NCBI RefSeq assembly: GCF_006345805.1
Contig: NC_043000.1
Coordinates: 140,120,001-140,184,000, forward strand
Direction: 5' to 3'
DNA length: 64,000 nt
From: Octopus sinensis
Taxonomy: Eukaryota
The position numbers and the translations under genes were made by a program. Positions 38,626 through 51,518 of the stretch are shown here, in pieces (within the stretch, counting starts at the first letter, position 1; the number at the start of each line of letters is the position of its first letter). The notes beneath the pieces were generated by a model. That model was not told the DNA's origin. It searched no databases and saw only the letters and a program-made list of their open reading frames with translations.

Positions 38626-40649
38626 TAAAGTAATTTTAACGTGTTTTGTCTAGAAACATAATATAGCACATCCTGAAGATGGGAGCATATAAATTATTAA
38701 TTGGTAATCCAGTATCTAATTCATTTAATCCTTTCATGTTGACATAAGTGGTGCATGTGTGAAGTGACTTGACAACAACAGCAAATTTAAATCTGATTGT
38801 AAGCTCCTTTGGCCAGAACCTTAACACTAAAATTCTCATTTGTAGTCAGAAAGATGTAAAATCTTGCTGAGGTTTATTTTACTACACAACACTTGAGAAT
38901 TGATGGAATAAGTACAAGTTATATCAATAGCATCTTTTCATCTGCTATAAAGTATCTGTATCTTAAAAGTTATCACCAAGGTGCAAATCAGGCAATATTT
39001 TTGGCAAAGAACTGGAAGTTTCTGGTTCACATGCACCAGGAAGTCTCCTCGCTCCATGTCACCAATATTGTCTAAGAGAAATGCAAGCATCAGCACCAGT
39101 GTTGTGACAGACTTTGCCATGAGAATGCAAAGTGCTATAGTAGATACCACAAGACATCTTGCATAGCACTAAAAAATTTCACCAATCACCCACTCTAGAC
39201 TGGAAAAATATTTATCTGTCCTAGAAGGATGAAAGGTATATTTGAGCTTAGCAGGAATTAAATTCTAAGTGCCAAAATTCAGAACAAGCATTGCAAGAAT
39301 CTTGTCTACACTCTATCACTGCTAGCAATTTGCCATGTTACCAGGGTAACTAGGGTTAATATATTTAAGATAATCAGAGGTGGTACAGCACCTCTGGCAT
39401 TTGCACAAACAGCAGAGGTTGATGTGTTTGAAGTTTATCTTGGACACCTGCTGGTCAGTCTCACTAGAAAAAATGTAGCGAAGGTATTTTAGATATTACC
39501 ATTCTAGAGTGAAAGGAATAGAATAGGGATTTCCAAAATATCTGAGAAACGATCATCCTATGTGTATACTTAAGGCATATGACACTCTTATTTTATTCTA
39601 GTTGAGGAAATATTAACCTCAAAAGAAAATCTTTTAAGCCTTAAGTGTATCCCCTTACATTTTCCAAACACTTCAGTTTATGGAGCTCAGACTTCAATAA
39701 TATTTGTACATTGTCTTATCAAAGTATAAAACCTTGTAACATTCCTAACTATTGTCTACAATACCCTAGAGAATCTGACTTGGAAATCACGCTACAAGAG
39801 AAAATGTTTTGCTCTGGGTCTGTGGGTTGATACAATGTAAGAGTGATCTGAGGAGAAGGGGAGATGATGAAACGAGTGAATCTGAGTATAGAGGGAAAGC
39901 AGCAAGCAAGTACTAGAAAATAAGAGCTGAGATTATAGATGAGCAGGAAATCAAAGATAGTTTATGTATGCAGAGTATAAAGAGTAGAAAGAAACAACAT
40001 AAGGCATTTTGATTTGTGCTCTAATTGTTCCAGCAATCCACCACCAAGTAATGTATGAATTTATACTACATCTTTTATTTTTAAAAGGGGCATCAATAAG
40101 GAGGACAGCTTACAATTTTTTGGTTAGGTTTACAAAAGAGGGTAGGGAGGAATAGTCACTAGGACATTTTACAATTTGCGCAAGGGTATACATAAAAATA
40201 TCAGGGAAAGAAAGGGAGGTGGGGAAATAGGATTACAAATATAACTAGAACGCAAAATATGTGAACACATGGATTTGTACAATTCTCTTGATGCAAAAGA
40301 GCCTCCAACTAGTGCCAATCAAGGAACCTCACAGATCCAGAATCAGGGGAGGTTTTCAGAAGATGGTGTAACTTTCAAAATCTCCCATCTTACTTGATTT
40401 CTGCTAACTGGTCAGCAAAGACAGAAGCTATTTTGAAAATTATTTCTATACTTTCAAAAATATTCTTTCTTTTGAAATTTTGTTCAAGAGAGCTAATAAT
40501 AAAAATGATTGGTCAGTATTCCGTGGTTCTGGTCAACTAAAAATCAAGGTAAGACAATAAAATCAACAAAAACAGATTAACAACATACAAACTCATGGAG
40601 TTTCCCAACTTTCAGCACTGAAGATAAACAGCAACAGCAACAACAACAA

Positions 40650-41070
40650 TAATAAAATTATTTATACTATAGGCTCAAGGCCTGACATTTGGTGGGATGG
40701 GCTAGCTGATTACATCTACCCCAGGGCTCAACTGGTACCTATTTCATCAACTCTAAAACAATGAATGGTGAAGTCAACCTTACCAAAGTTTGAACCTAGA
40801 ATGTAAAGAGGGACAAAATGTTCCTAAGCATTGTCTGGTGTGCTAATGATTCTACCAGCTCACTGCCTTGATAACATTGATAATAATAATCCTATCTACT
40901 AAAGGTACAAGGCCTGAAATTTGTGGGAGATGCTAGTAGATTACATTGGCCCCAGCACTCAGTTGGTACTTCTTTTCATCAACCTTGATGGAATTTGACC
41001 ACAGAACATAAAGATAGTTGAAATGTGGCTAAGTATTTTGTCTGGATACTAACAATTTTGCCAGCTCATT
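40650..41070 (-). mobile_element. Two decayed family B-like SINEs in tandem
   Basis: Each begins ACTA(T/A)AGG(C/T)(T/A)CAAGGCCTGA and contains CTCA(A/G)(C/T)TGGTAC(C/T)T..TTTCATCAAC. Confidence 0.6.
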
Positions 41071-41085
41071 GTATTATTATTAATA

Positions 41086-41485
41086 ACTAGCAGAATCACC
41101 CAGCGTTGCTCGGGTTTGTAAGGGAAATAACTATATAAGCATTTTTAGAGAGTTATAGCCAAAAGATAGCAAAAAAATGCATTAAAAATGGAAAAGAAAT
41201 TATGGTAAATTTTTTTTTTAATCGTTGACTCATCGTAGACATTTTTAGAGGTTTACTTCCCTTATATAATAGCGAAAAAAATGCATTAAAATGGAAAAAA
41301 TTATGGTAAATAATTTTTAAAGTCGTAGGCTCATTGTAGACACGCGCTAATACCCAGAAGGGCTCGATATGAATCACGACTATAAGATACCCGGTTTTGG
41401 TTAAACTGCACCGCAAAATGTGGCAGTAGTTAGGAATCTAAATCGTAGGAGACAGACACACAACCTTACTTTTATATATAAAGAT
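41086..41485 (+). mobile_element. Non-autonomous Helitron/Helentron-like (HINE-type) element, copy 1
   Basis: 5' ACTAGCAG..CCCAGCGTTGCTCGGG, 3' CTTTTATATATAAAGAT, and an internal ~110-bp duplication. Confidence 0.55.
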
Positions 41486-41617
41486 ATTATTATTAATAAT
41501 GATGATAATAACAATAAGTCTTAATGATAATATCTCAGCAAAAGAATTTGACAAGCTGTGGTGCCCCAGCATGGTCGTGGCCTTCGGGCTAAAACATTTT
41601 TAAGGATATAAGGATTT

Positions 41618-41824
41618 AAGCTCAGAAAATATAAAGATTTGCTCATTGAAATCAAAATAATGTGGCATTCCAAGATAGTTACAATAGCAACGACTGTAGG
41701 AGCACTTGGAATGATCAAAAGAGGAACTGAAAATTATTGATCCCTGGCTTACAATTCATGAAAGAAGCACAAAAGATTGTTTTAACTGGTATGTCACACA
41801 TATTGAGAAGAGCATTGTCACTGT
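41618..41824 (+). pseudogene. C-terminal RLE fragment of an R4/Dong-like non-LTR retrotransposon
   Basis: KYKDLLIEIKIMW..VGALGMIK../IPGLQFMKEAQKIVLTGMSHILRRALSL with a frameshift. Confidence 0.8.
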
Positions 41825-42023
41825 CAATTTTCTCTCCATTTTCCCCCCCTTTTTTGTTTTACTTACTTTTTTCCTTTATTCTCATATTTTATATTTTTTT
41901 CTTTTTTCATTTGTTACTCTTAGTTTTTCCATATTTTTCTGTCACATATCTTGACTTTGGGTATATTGGGCTTCATATATTTGTACCCCAGTGTCACATT
42001 GATTGCATGCACTGAAGAACCAG

Positions 42024-42423
42024 ACACTGGCTCTCATGGCATCTGATCTTAACTGATTGGAAGTATTATCATGTACATTGTTTTGTCTTGGTGTGAAAGA
42101 TGGCCTACAGCAAATATTCTGCTCAATACTACAGATTTGCTTATCAGTTGTTTGACCTTAACCAGCTGGGCATGTCCCCTAGTGGCTGACAATATGTGCA
42201 TCTCTGACCATGAGCAGAAGTACTGTGGGTGTATCATAGCCATGTGATGAGAGGAATCCTCAAGGCGACTACAGTACCAGTGATTGTAGGATCTCTAGGA
42301 ATGATAAAAAATGGTACTGAAACCTATTTGAAAATGATTCCAGGCTTACCATCCCTACAGGAAGTGCAAAAAATCGTATTAACTGGAACAGCTCATGTAC
42401 TGAGAAGAGCACTATCGCTGTGA
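42024..42423 (+). mobile_element. Family D segment fused to a second R4/Dong-like RLE tail
   Basis: 42256-42423 translates as LKATTVPVIVGSLGMIKNGTETYLKMIPGLPSLQEVQKIVLTGTAHVLRRALSL*. Confidence 0.75.
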
Positions 42424-43280
42424 AAATAACATCCATCCATGAATTTATTTAATTATTAATTTTTAAATACATATTTTATCTTTGAATTTGCGCGTGCAAT
42501 CTGGGAATGCATGCAATGCCCTTCTCTGCCCTAGGTGTATGGAAAACACTCGGCGAGAAACTGAAGAAAATGTGAAGAAAGAAGGAAAAAACATGAAAAT
42601 AATAATAATAATAAGAGTTTTAAATTTTGACTCAAAGACAGCAAATTTTGTCGAACCCAAAATGATGAAAGGCAGAGTTAACCTCAGCAGAATTTGAATG
42701 CGAATCACACTGAGTCTGAAGTTATATACCTGAGTGTATTTTTATCCAAAGCTCTAATGATTCTACTGCATAATCACAAATATGTTTATAACGATGTTTC
42801 CATATTGGATAACTAAATTCTATTGTAATTTGGTTATAATTTTTACTGTTGTCATACTCAATGCAACTCCCAAAACCCAAATTTGATATGTTTATGATAT
42901 ATTTCCATTTCCGTATATTAAATATTAGTTTCACTGAATTCTGCTGTATGTATAATTTTTCATGTTTGTGCTGTTTTACATTCTTATGTTTTATTGTATT
43001 TTATTATTTTGCTTTGGTTGTTTTCTATTTGATTGTTTTATTTTGTTTTCTTCATTTCAAAACATTATTACATTGCTGTCTAATATTGTAACAGCATCAA
43101 TCATTTCTACTAATATATATACACGTATGGTTTTACACATACAAACATACATACATACCCATAAAGGAAGATATACACATGTTACATATATATATATATA
43201 GATATATACATATATATAAATATATGTATATATGTATGTGTGTATGTGGGTATATATATATATATATACATATGTGTATG

Positions 43281-43312
<32 letters not shown>

Positions 43313-43456
43313 TATAAATATATGTATATATGTATGTGTGTATATGAGTATATATATATTCATATGTGTATGTATATATATATATACCTATATATAGATA
43401 TATGTATATATGTATGTGTGTATGTGGGCATATATATACATATGTGTGTATATATA

Positions 43457-43501
<45 letters not shown>

Positions 43502-44289
43502 TATTTATGTATGTGTATATATATTTGAACACATACGTAACATAAATATGAACACATATGCATGTGTATATCTATCTATAATCATCTAGATCTATATATA
43601 TATATGTGTTTGTGTGTGTATCGATATATTTATGTATAACAATATATACATCTAACTTAACTGTAATCTATACATAAATGTGTATGTGTGTGTCTATGAA
43701 TATGTGAATGATTATTGAAAACATGACTATTTTTTAATAGTTAACTGTCAAGCTAGAAACTAGAATGTTATTGTTGAATTCGAACTTATTTCAATCTCTT
43801 TCTGTTTTATTATATACGTCTATATATTTACATAAACACACACTTATACACACATGTAAGTCATATATATGTATGTATAGATACATATATTTCTATGTAT
43901 GTCTATATTCATGTATGCATGTATGTATCTTCCTCTCTGTATAGATAGATAGATAGATATAGATATATAGATAGGTATGTATGTATATACTTACCTGTGT
44001 GTGTGTGTGTGTGTGTGTACGTATATATATATGTACACACACTCACACACACACACGTATACCTTTAATCTTCCACTTGGTACCTATTTTACGTCTGGTA
44101 CTTATCCCATTCTCTTTAACGATTAAAATACAGGGACATAAACAAACTAACACCAGCTGTGAAATGGCATGTGTGAAACACAACGACACACAGACATACG
44201 TATGTGTGTTTATCTCTCTCTCACTCTCTCTTGCTCTTTGTCTGTCTGTCTCTCTCGCTTTGTCTCTCTCTTTCTCTATCTATCTATAT

Positions 44290-44376
<87 letters not shown>

Positions 44377-44781
44377 GCATACATACATAGGCATTGCATA
44401 TTGTAAACTGAATGAAATAACTGTTCACGACATGAGTATATATAAATAGATATATATCATCGGTACATGTTGTATTTTGACAAATTTTCTATAACTCTCA
44501 ATAGTTAGAATTCAATGAAGTAGAAACTTTCAGGAATTTTCTTAAATAAATATACTCATGAGAGTATACTACTCTGATGTCAAATCTCATAAATCTTTAT
44601 TGTAAGCCAGGTCTTCCTTCCAGTTTGTTCAGACAATAGCAAGTATCACAAAGATTTCAATGATTTGAAGTACTTTGGGTTTTATTCAGCTGACAGTAAA
44701 AAAAAAAAGAGAAAAAAGGAAAAAAACACCCTCTGACCATCCTCCTTACATGTAAGTGACTTGTATGAAGAGTCTATAATA

Positions 44782-45031
44782 ATTTACATTATTTACATTT
44801 GACAGATATTTGTCCTCATCTTGTTTGTTGTTAACACAACATTTCGGCTGATATACCCTCCAGCCTTCATCAGGTGTCTTATGAAATTTCGAAACTGGGT
44901 TCTCATTCCTAAGGTATTTTTCGATGTTTTTATTATTATTATTATTATTATTCAGGTCACTGCCTGGAATCAGACTCGGAATCTTGAGGTTAGTAGCCTG
45001 TGCTCTTAACCACTATGCCATATGCCCATGG
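44782..45031 (-). mobile_element. tRNA-headed SINE with internal (AAT)n and a minimal HHR, copy 1
   Basis: Head TGGCATAGTGGTTAAGAGC...GAGTCTGATTCC, then (AAT)n, then an HHR at 44833-44878. Confidence 0.85.
44833..44878 (-). ncRNA. Minimal type I hammerhead ribozyme
   Basis: GACAC-CUGAUGA-A-GGCUG-(GAGGGUAUAU)-CAGCC-GAAA-UG-UU^GUGUU. Confidence 0.8.
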
Positions 45032-45264
45032 CTGTAGTGGTTAAGAGCACGGACTACTAACCCCAAGATTCCAAGTTCAATTCCAGGCAGTAACCTAAAT
45101 AATGATAATAATAATAATAATAATCATCGTTTAGCATCCGTTTTCCATGCTAGCATGGGTTGGACGGTTCAATTGGGGTCTGTTAAGCCGGAAGGCTTCA
45201 TCAGGCCTAGTCAGATCTGGCAGTGTTTCTACGGCTGGATGCCCTTCCTAACGACAATAATGAC

Positions 45265-45340
<76 letters not shown>

Positions 45341-45540
45341 CTGATAATAATAACAACAACATCGAAAAATACCTTAGGAGTGAGAACCCAGGTTCAAAAT
45401 TTCCCCAAGACCCCTGATGAAGGCTTGAGGGTATATCAGCTGAAATGTTGTGTTAACAACAAACAAGACGAGGACAAATATCTGTCAAGTGTAAATGATT
45501 TAAATAATGTACATAATTCCTCATCTCTTAAATATAGAAC
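45026..45540 (+). mobile_element. tRNA-headed HHR SINE, copy 2 (inverted), interrupted by a family C tail (45123-45252, minus strand)
   Basis: A box TAGTGGTTAAG, B box AGTTCAATTCC, expanded (AAT)n, and a more decayed HHR at 45409-45454. Confidence 0.85.
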
Positions 45541-46175
45541 AGTCTATAATACGTCTGACAAATCTCTAGCAATTCAAAAGTGAAGAAGGCTAAAATATTT
45601 TTCAGGGATTGTGTAGAGAGCATTCTTCTCAATGGGGCTAAATTTTGGACTCTGAAGAATAAGCATTGAGGTTGCCCTCTTTACTTATGAAGTCTTAAAG
45701 CATGTAAGTGTGAACACAAGACGAAACCTAATATTTACAGATACATTACCTCCATCTCTACTCTTATTGTTCAATGCAGTGTAGGCTTTGCTAGCCACTG
45801 TTATCAAGCTAAATAACAAGCCATATCAGATTTCATATTTTGGAGATTTTTGCATCCTCATAGAGGATAAGAACCACTCAATTACATTAAATGTTATTGG
45901 TAAAGACACACAACACGAAGAGAGAGTATTAGGAGATGCATTTCTATAGTGGTCCCTTGAAGATATAATATGCATTAATAAATACAACCGCTGTTATATT
46001 CAAAATGATCAAGAAATAATTTTCCCATAAAAATACATTCTGAGCCAAGAGTTTATTGGAGTGCTTACTGCATTAATATTTAGAGACTTATAAATTGTCA
46101 ACAAGCTGAATAAAAAAATAACTAGAGATGCAAAGATATCAAAATATCAGCATCTCAACTAACATTTCACACTGT

Positions 46176-46237
46176 TATTCACCTCCACTTTTTTACTCCA
46201 TACTTTTATTCACCTCCACTTTTTTACTCCATACTTT
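46176..46237. repeat. 31-bp tandem duplication
   Basis: TATTCACCTCCACTTTTTTACTCCATACTTT x2. Confidence 0.9.
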
Positions 46238-46427
46238 TTGCTTCTCATACTTCAGAGTTGATAAAGTATGTACCTGTTGATGTAATTGACAGACCCCAAT
46301 CTCTATAAAATTTCAGGCCAGGTGCCTATTGTAGAAAGGAATATTACTAAGTTTGGTAGATTGTCAGAAACAGTCTGGGATTTTGAAAACCAGTATATTG
46401 TAAAAATAACAAAGCATCTTGTAAATT

Positions 46428-46821
46428 ACTAGCAGTATCGCCCGGCGTTGCTCGGGTGTGTTTCAATCCTTTAGAATTGGAATTTTTGAAAAGTGAAAAT
46501 TTTGCATTATGTAGCTTGTTATTCTCTTTAAGTGAACATTTTTCTTGTTGAAATACACCAAAAAATGGCAACACAGCAGTCAAAAAATCGTAAAAAATAG
46601 AGATTTTCATAGAAAAAAAAAGCACCTTTTTGATGTAAATAATTTTTGGTGTTAACATGGTCCGATTTGAATTTTTTTCTTCTATGAAAGGAAGAGCAAG
46701 CCTTCTATCATACTCTCAACTTTGGTCAACTTGCACCGCAGGATCTCGGAGGAGATAGTGTTAGTTGAAGGCTACCAAACCTGTCATACACAGACAACTT
46801 CAGCTTTATATATAGAGAGAT
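46428..46821 (+). mobile_element. Helitron/Helentron-like element, copy 2 (different interior)
   Basis: 5' ACTAGCAGTATCGCCCGGCGTTGCTCGGG and 3' CTTTATATATAGAGAGAT. Confidence 0.55.
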
Positions 46822-47057
46822 TTTGTCTAAATCCAGTGGGTCAGGTCTTGCTTCAATGTCTCAGTTTTAACATAGCTTCTATGGCTTAATGTTTATAATG
46901 CCAACAAATTTAGAGAGGATAACTGGCTGCTTTTTTTTTATGACACCAACACTACTGACGTCACCTTAACTTGCAAGATTAAAGAAATTTCTTCATTAAT
47001 AGTGAAATTAAGAAGAGGAGAATAGGTTTAACGGCATAGAGGAGATTCATAGCTACT

Positions 47058-47300
47058 TTGCTGGGGGCACGTAAAAAGCACCATCCGTCCCTGGCCGTTT
47101 TCCAGCCCCGTCTGGCACATAAAAAGCACCCACTACACTCATAGAGTGGTTGACGTTAGGAAGAGCATCCAGCCGTAGAAACATTGCCAGATCAGACTGG
47201 GCCTGGTGCAGCCTTCTGGCTTCCCAGACCCCAGTTGAACCATCCAACCCATGCTAGCATGGAAAGCGGACGCTAAATGATGATGATGATGATGATGATG
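47058..47300 (+). mobile_element. Family C element
   Basis: VNTR units plus RTE-like tail. Confidence 0.85.
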
Positions 47301-47371
47301 AGGTGACTTGGAGTGGTGCCAGAAAGAAAGGTAAATACGGTGCTGACAAGGTACCAGAATGTGCCATCAGT

Positions 47372-47597
47372 GAGCTGACAGAATCGTTAGCACACCGGTT
47401 GAAATACTTACCAGTATTTCATCTGCCGCTATGTTCTGAGTTCAAATTCCACCGAGGTCGACTTTGCCTTTCATCATTTCGGGGTCGATTAAATAAGTAC
47501 CAGTTACACACTGGGGTCGATGTAATCGACTTAATCCCTTTGTCAGTCCTTGTTTGTCCCCTCTATGTTTAGCCCCTTGAGGGCAATAAAAGAAATA
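47372..47597 (+). mobile_element. SINE family B
   Basis: Full head, central domain and tail. Confidence 0.88.
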
Positions 47598-47857
47598 AGA
47601 ACGTGCCATTGATGCACCATATCCAAGAATGTGAACATAGAAAATGTGAATACAGAAAAAGTGGGATGTATGGGTAGGGTTGTAAAGTGTGGCAAACAGT
47701 GAGGAATGGATAGAAATATGGGGTGGATATAGCCAGATGTATGTAGATGGTGAAAGCTGTGAATGAGGAACATGGTTTGAGTTGTTTGATGGTAAATACA
47801 AGTAGGGGAATAATAAGAATGAGAGAAGGATATCAGGAATAGCTCAGAGGAGAGTGA

Positions 47858-47927
47858 GTCACTGCCTGGAATCGAACTCGGAATCCTGGAGTTAGTAGCC
47901 TGCACTCATAATCACTACACCACATGC
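47858..47927 (-). mobile_element. Isolated tRNA head of the HHR-SINE family
   Basis: GTCACTGCCTGGAATCGAACTCGGAATCCTGGAGTTAGTAGCCTGC matches 44955-45020. Confidence 0.8.
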
Positions 47928-48691
47928 ACAATTGAAAGGGTGAAATGATATATTAAGTAGTAAAAGATTCTGCTTTTGTTACTTACAGCAGCAGAATAAT
48001 ATTGTTGATAGAAGAATGTTAGGGAGTTCAGGGGTGGGGCTAAATATTGCAAGTGTAGCGGGGAGGGATGGATATGGATAAAGATAGTATTTTTGGTGGT
48101 AAATATGAATGGAAGAGTGCTGATAGTAAAAATGAGAAATAGATGTCAATAGGAAGTGGCCCAGAGGAGAGACCTAGTTACCTGGAAATAGGGGGGGGGT
48201 AAGGAAGCAACAGTTATAAACTTGACTGGGACATTTAGTATAGGTGCTCAATTGAGTATATATAGTGTGCATACACATTATACTTCCAGAAGCTCAGTTG
48301 TGTACATTCAGAATACATACACATTATTCTTTCAGAATTGAGTCATGACATGCATGCAAAACTGAGTGGGTCTTTTTGAGCACTGCTTCTCACCAATCAC
48401 CTGGGCCTTTGTCTTCTCCTCCTAGCACTCAACATCCTGAGATTAGCCTTTACTAGTTTGAACCTTGTCTTTCTGGGTCTTTCTCTTTCACTGTAAGTGA
48501 TTGGCCCTTCTTTACATAATTATCCTCATTCAAATGTATCGAATGCCCAAATCAAGGCAGTTATTTCTCTTCTGCCCACTTTATCTGGTTCCTTTTATAC
48601 CCAAACTTTCTTTCAACATATATTTGGTTGCTGTTCATGCACACTAACATTGCACATCCCATTGAGCATGCTAGTTTCATTTTAACAAACC

Positions 48692-48929
48692 CGCACGTAA
48701 AAAGCACCAACCAATCGTGGTTGTTACCAGTCCCCTCTGGCCCGTGCCAGTGGCACGTAAAAAGCACCCACTACACTCTCAGAGTAGTTGGCGTTAGGAA
48801 GGCATCCAGCTGCCAAATCAGACTGGAGCCTGGTGCAGCCTCCTGGCTACCCAGACCCCAGTCAAACCATTCAACCCATCCCAGCATGGAAAACAGACGT
48901 TAAACGATGACAATGATGATGATGATGAT
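48692..48929 (+). mobile_element. Family C element
   Basis: VNTR units plus tail. Confidence 0.85.
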
Positions 48930-49065
48930 ATATCACTACCATTTAGTTTTGCAGTTTATACAAAAGCACTATACATTCAATTTTTAACTCTGAATGAGAA
49001 ATATTTTGTTGCCATCAGTGATAACAACTCTTTGTACACTCCATTCCATTCATACTCTAGTTATA

Positions 49066-49287
49066 TATTTCTTTACTACCCACAAGGGGTTAAACACAGA
49101 GGGGACAAACAAAGACAGACAGATGGATTAAGTCGATTACATAGACCCCAGTGCGTAACTGGTACTTAATTTATCGACCCCGAAAGGATGAAAGGCAAAG
49201 TCGACCTCGGCGGAATTTGAACTCGGAACGTAATGACAGACGAAATACGGCTACGCATTTCGCCCGGTGTCCTAACGATTCTGCCAG
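49066..49287 (-). mobile_element. SINE family B
   Basis: Reverse complement of the family B consensus. Confidence 0.9.
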
Positions 49288-49299
49288 AATACTTTCAGA

Positions 49300-50960
49300 G
49301 CATCTTCCACCACTACTAATTAGGCTACCTTATTACATCACATTGAGCATATGAGAACAACTATTCCCATGGATTCTTAGTATTTATTGAGCCACTGTGT
49401 CTTCCACATGCATAGTTTGCTTTCTCTGCAAACCTTCCCATGATACCATTGCAATTCTTGAGTATCCACAATTTGCAATGAGTTTACCTATGAAATTTCT
49501 CCCAGTTCCTTTTCGATGCATCAACAAAGCCATTTACCTGATAGTAAAGTACCATGCCTGTTTTCCTGCTTACTAATATTTCAGTCTTTGCTTATTTAGC
49601 TTTGAGGTATTCCAATTTTAGGTTTTGCTTCTTAACCTGAAGTTACTTTTTTTACTTCTAATACAAATTAGACTATATGAAAGTAGTCATCAGTATATTC
49701 TTTACTCTTTTACTTGTTTCTGTCATTTGACTGTGGCCATGCTGGATCACGGCCTTTAGTCGAGGAAATCGACCTCAGGACCTATTCTTTGTAAGCCAAG
49801 TACTTATTCTATCAGTCTCGCCGAACTGCTAAGTTACGGGGACGTAAGCACACTAGTATTGTTTGTCAAGCGATGTTGGGGGGGGGGAGCAAACACAGAC
49901 TCACAAACACGCATGTATATATATATATTTACGATGGGCTTCTTTCAGTTTCCATCTACCAAATCCACTCACAAGGCTTTGGTCGGCCCAAGGTTATAGT
50001 GGAAGACACTTTCCCAAGGTGCCACGCAGTGGGACTGAACCCAGAACCATGTGGTTGGTAAGCAAGCTACTTACCACACAGCCACTCCTACACCTATAGA
50101 AGTTCTCACAGGTATCCACTCATACACTCTTCCATTACAATCTGATGGACTATGATAAATTGAAGCACTGATGGATGCCTAACTGCACACTAAATTTGTG
50201 ATTGTACTCATTGCTAAATCTCACTCTACCGACAAAAGTGTCATACCTCTCAGTCATTCATCTAATCCGAGCTTCCTCAGCGATCACCACATCATCGAAC
50301 AAGAGATTCTGCCAAAAGTTTTCTCCAGGTCAACTAATGCTAACTACAATGGTTTACTTTCGGTCGAGTACCTCTCCTGCAATTGTCTCACTAGAATGAT
50401 GATATCAGTAATAATTTTCCGTTTCACATAATCGAACTATGTCTCATTACGGTTAAATTTCTCTCTAATCAATCAACCTATAACTCTTTCTGCTACTTTC
50501 ATCATGAGATTCAAATTTTGAATTCCCTTTAATTAATTTTCTCTAAGAGATCTCATTTACCTTTACAGTAGTTGAATACGATGTCTCTATGTCAGTAATT
50601 GGATGTGAAACCTTCTTGAACAGCCTGAGTAAATACACAGGTGACTAAGCCATATTTTATTCCACCATATAATTTAATCATCTCATCAGCAATTTCTGAT
50701 GAGCCAGTATATACTTTAATTGAGTTACCTATAAAACTGCTGTCAATTAGAATAGCTGGTCCCTTTGTTTGGTCAACACTATGAAAACTCTCTTTCTCCT
50801 ATACATTCATTACATTTAATAGCCTCTTTAAAGCAGCGCTTCTATGATGCTAAGTGCACATGTGACATTATCACCCATATAAATTTCATCACCACAACTT
50901 CAAGATTTTCTCTGATACACTGCCTAACAATCTAGAACATCTCCCAGTTCTTGAGATCAT
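49300..50960 (-). pseudogene. Decayed RTE-clade LINE reverse transcriptase region, split at the YADD motif by a SINE
   Basis: Manual translation gives DIIILVRQLQERY..KPL*LALVDLEKTFGRI..MW*SLRKLGLDE (RT motif A region), VQLGIHQ, and YTDD immediately next to the SINE. Confidence 0.85.
49698..50095 (-). mobile_element. Full-length SINE family A nested in the RTE relic
   Basis: Family A consensus. Confidence 0.9.
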
Positions 50961-51123
50961 GTTGTAAAACATCAGCAGAACATGTTCTGTTTCTTCCCTT
51001 CATAAGTAGACATGGTACTTCTTACCTAACAGGTGGAAGGATCTCTTACTCGTGTTTCCTTTTGCACTTAGTTTTTTTCCGGTGGATGCCATTTTTAACA
51101 CCAGATGCTCTGGGAAATGCTTT

Positions 51124-51440
51124 TCATCATCATCATCGTTTAACATCCGCTTTCCATGCTAGCATGGGTTGGACAGCTCAACCGGGGTCTGATAAGTCAG
51201 GAGGCTGCACCAGGCACCAGTCTGATCTGGCAGTGTTTCTACAGCTGGATGCCCTTTCTAACGCCAACCACTCCGTGAGTGTAGTGGGTATTTTTTACTT
51301 CCCAGCAGCCTCAATCGGTTGGTGCTTTTTACATGTCACCGGCATAGGTATCACAACTACAAGTTCCATTTGATTTTTAATTTTGATGTTGATGTACTTG
51401 ACTCAATAGGTCTCCTCAAGTACAACAGGTCACTCTACGA
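51124..51440 (-). mobile_element. Family C element
   Basis: (CAT)n tail through the TTGACTCAATAGGTCTCCTCAAG 5' part shared with the copy at 14200. Confidence 0.85.
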
Positions 51441-51518
51441 TCCAAGGCAAGCACAGCAGGCTGTTCTGTGATCCATTGTACTTTGGATGGGCTGGGTTGG
51501 GTTGTTATTTGTCGGGTG

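Noticed and set aside
50682-50703. CTCATCAG...CTGATGAG palindrome
   Set aside because: It lies within the RTE coding relic, lacks GAAA and stems, and is a chance hairpin.
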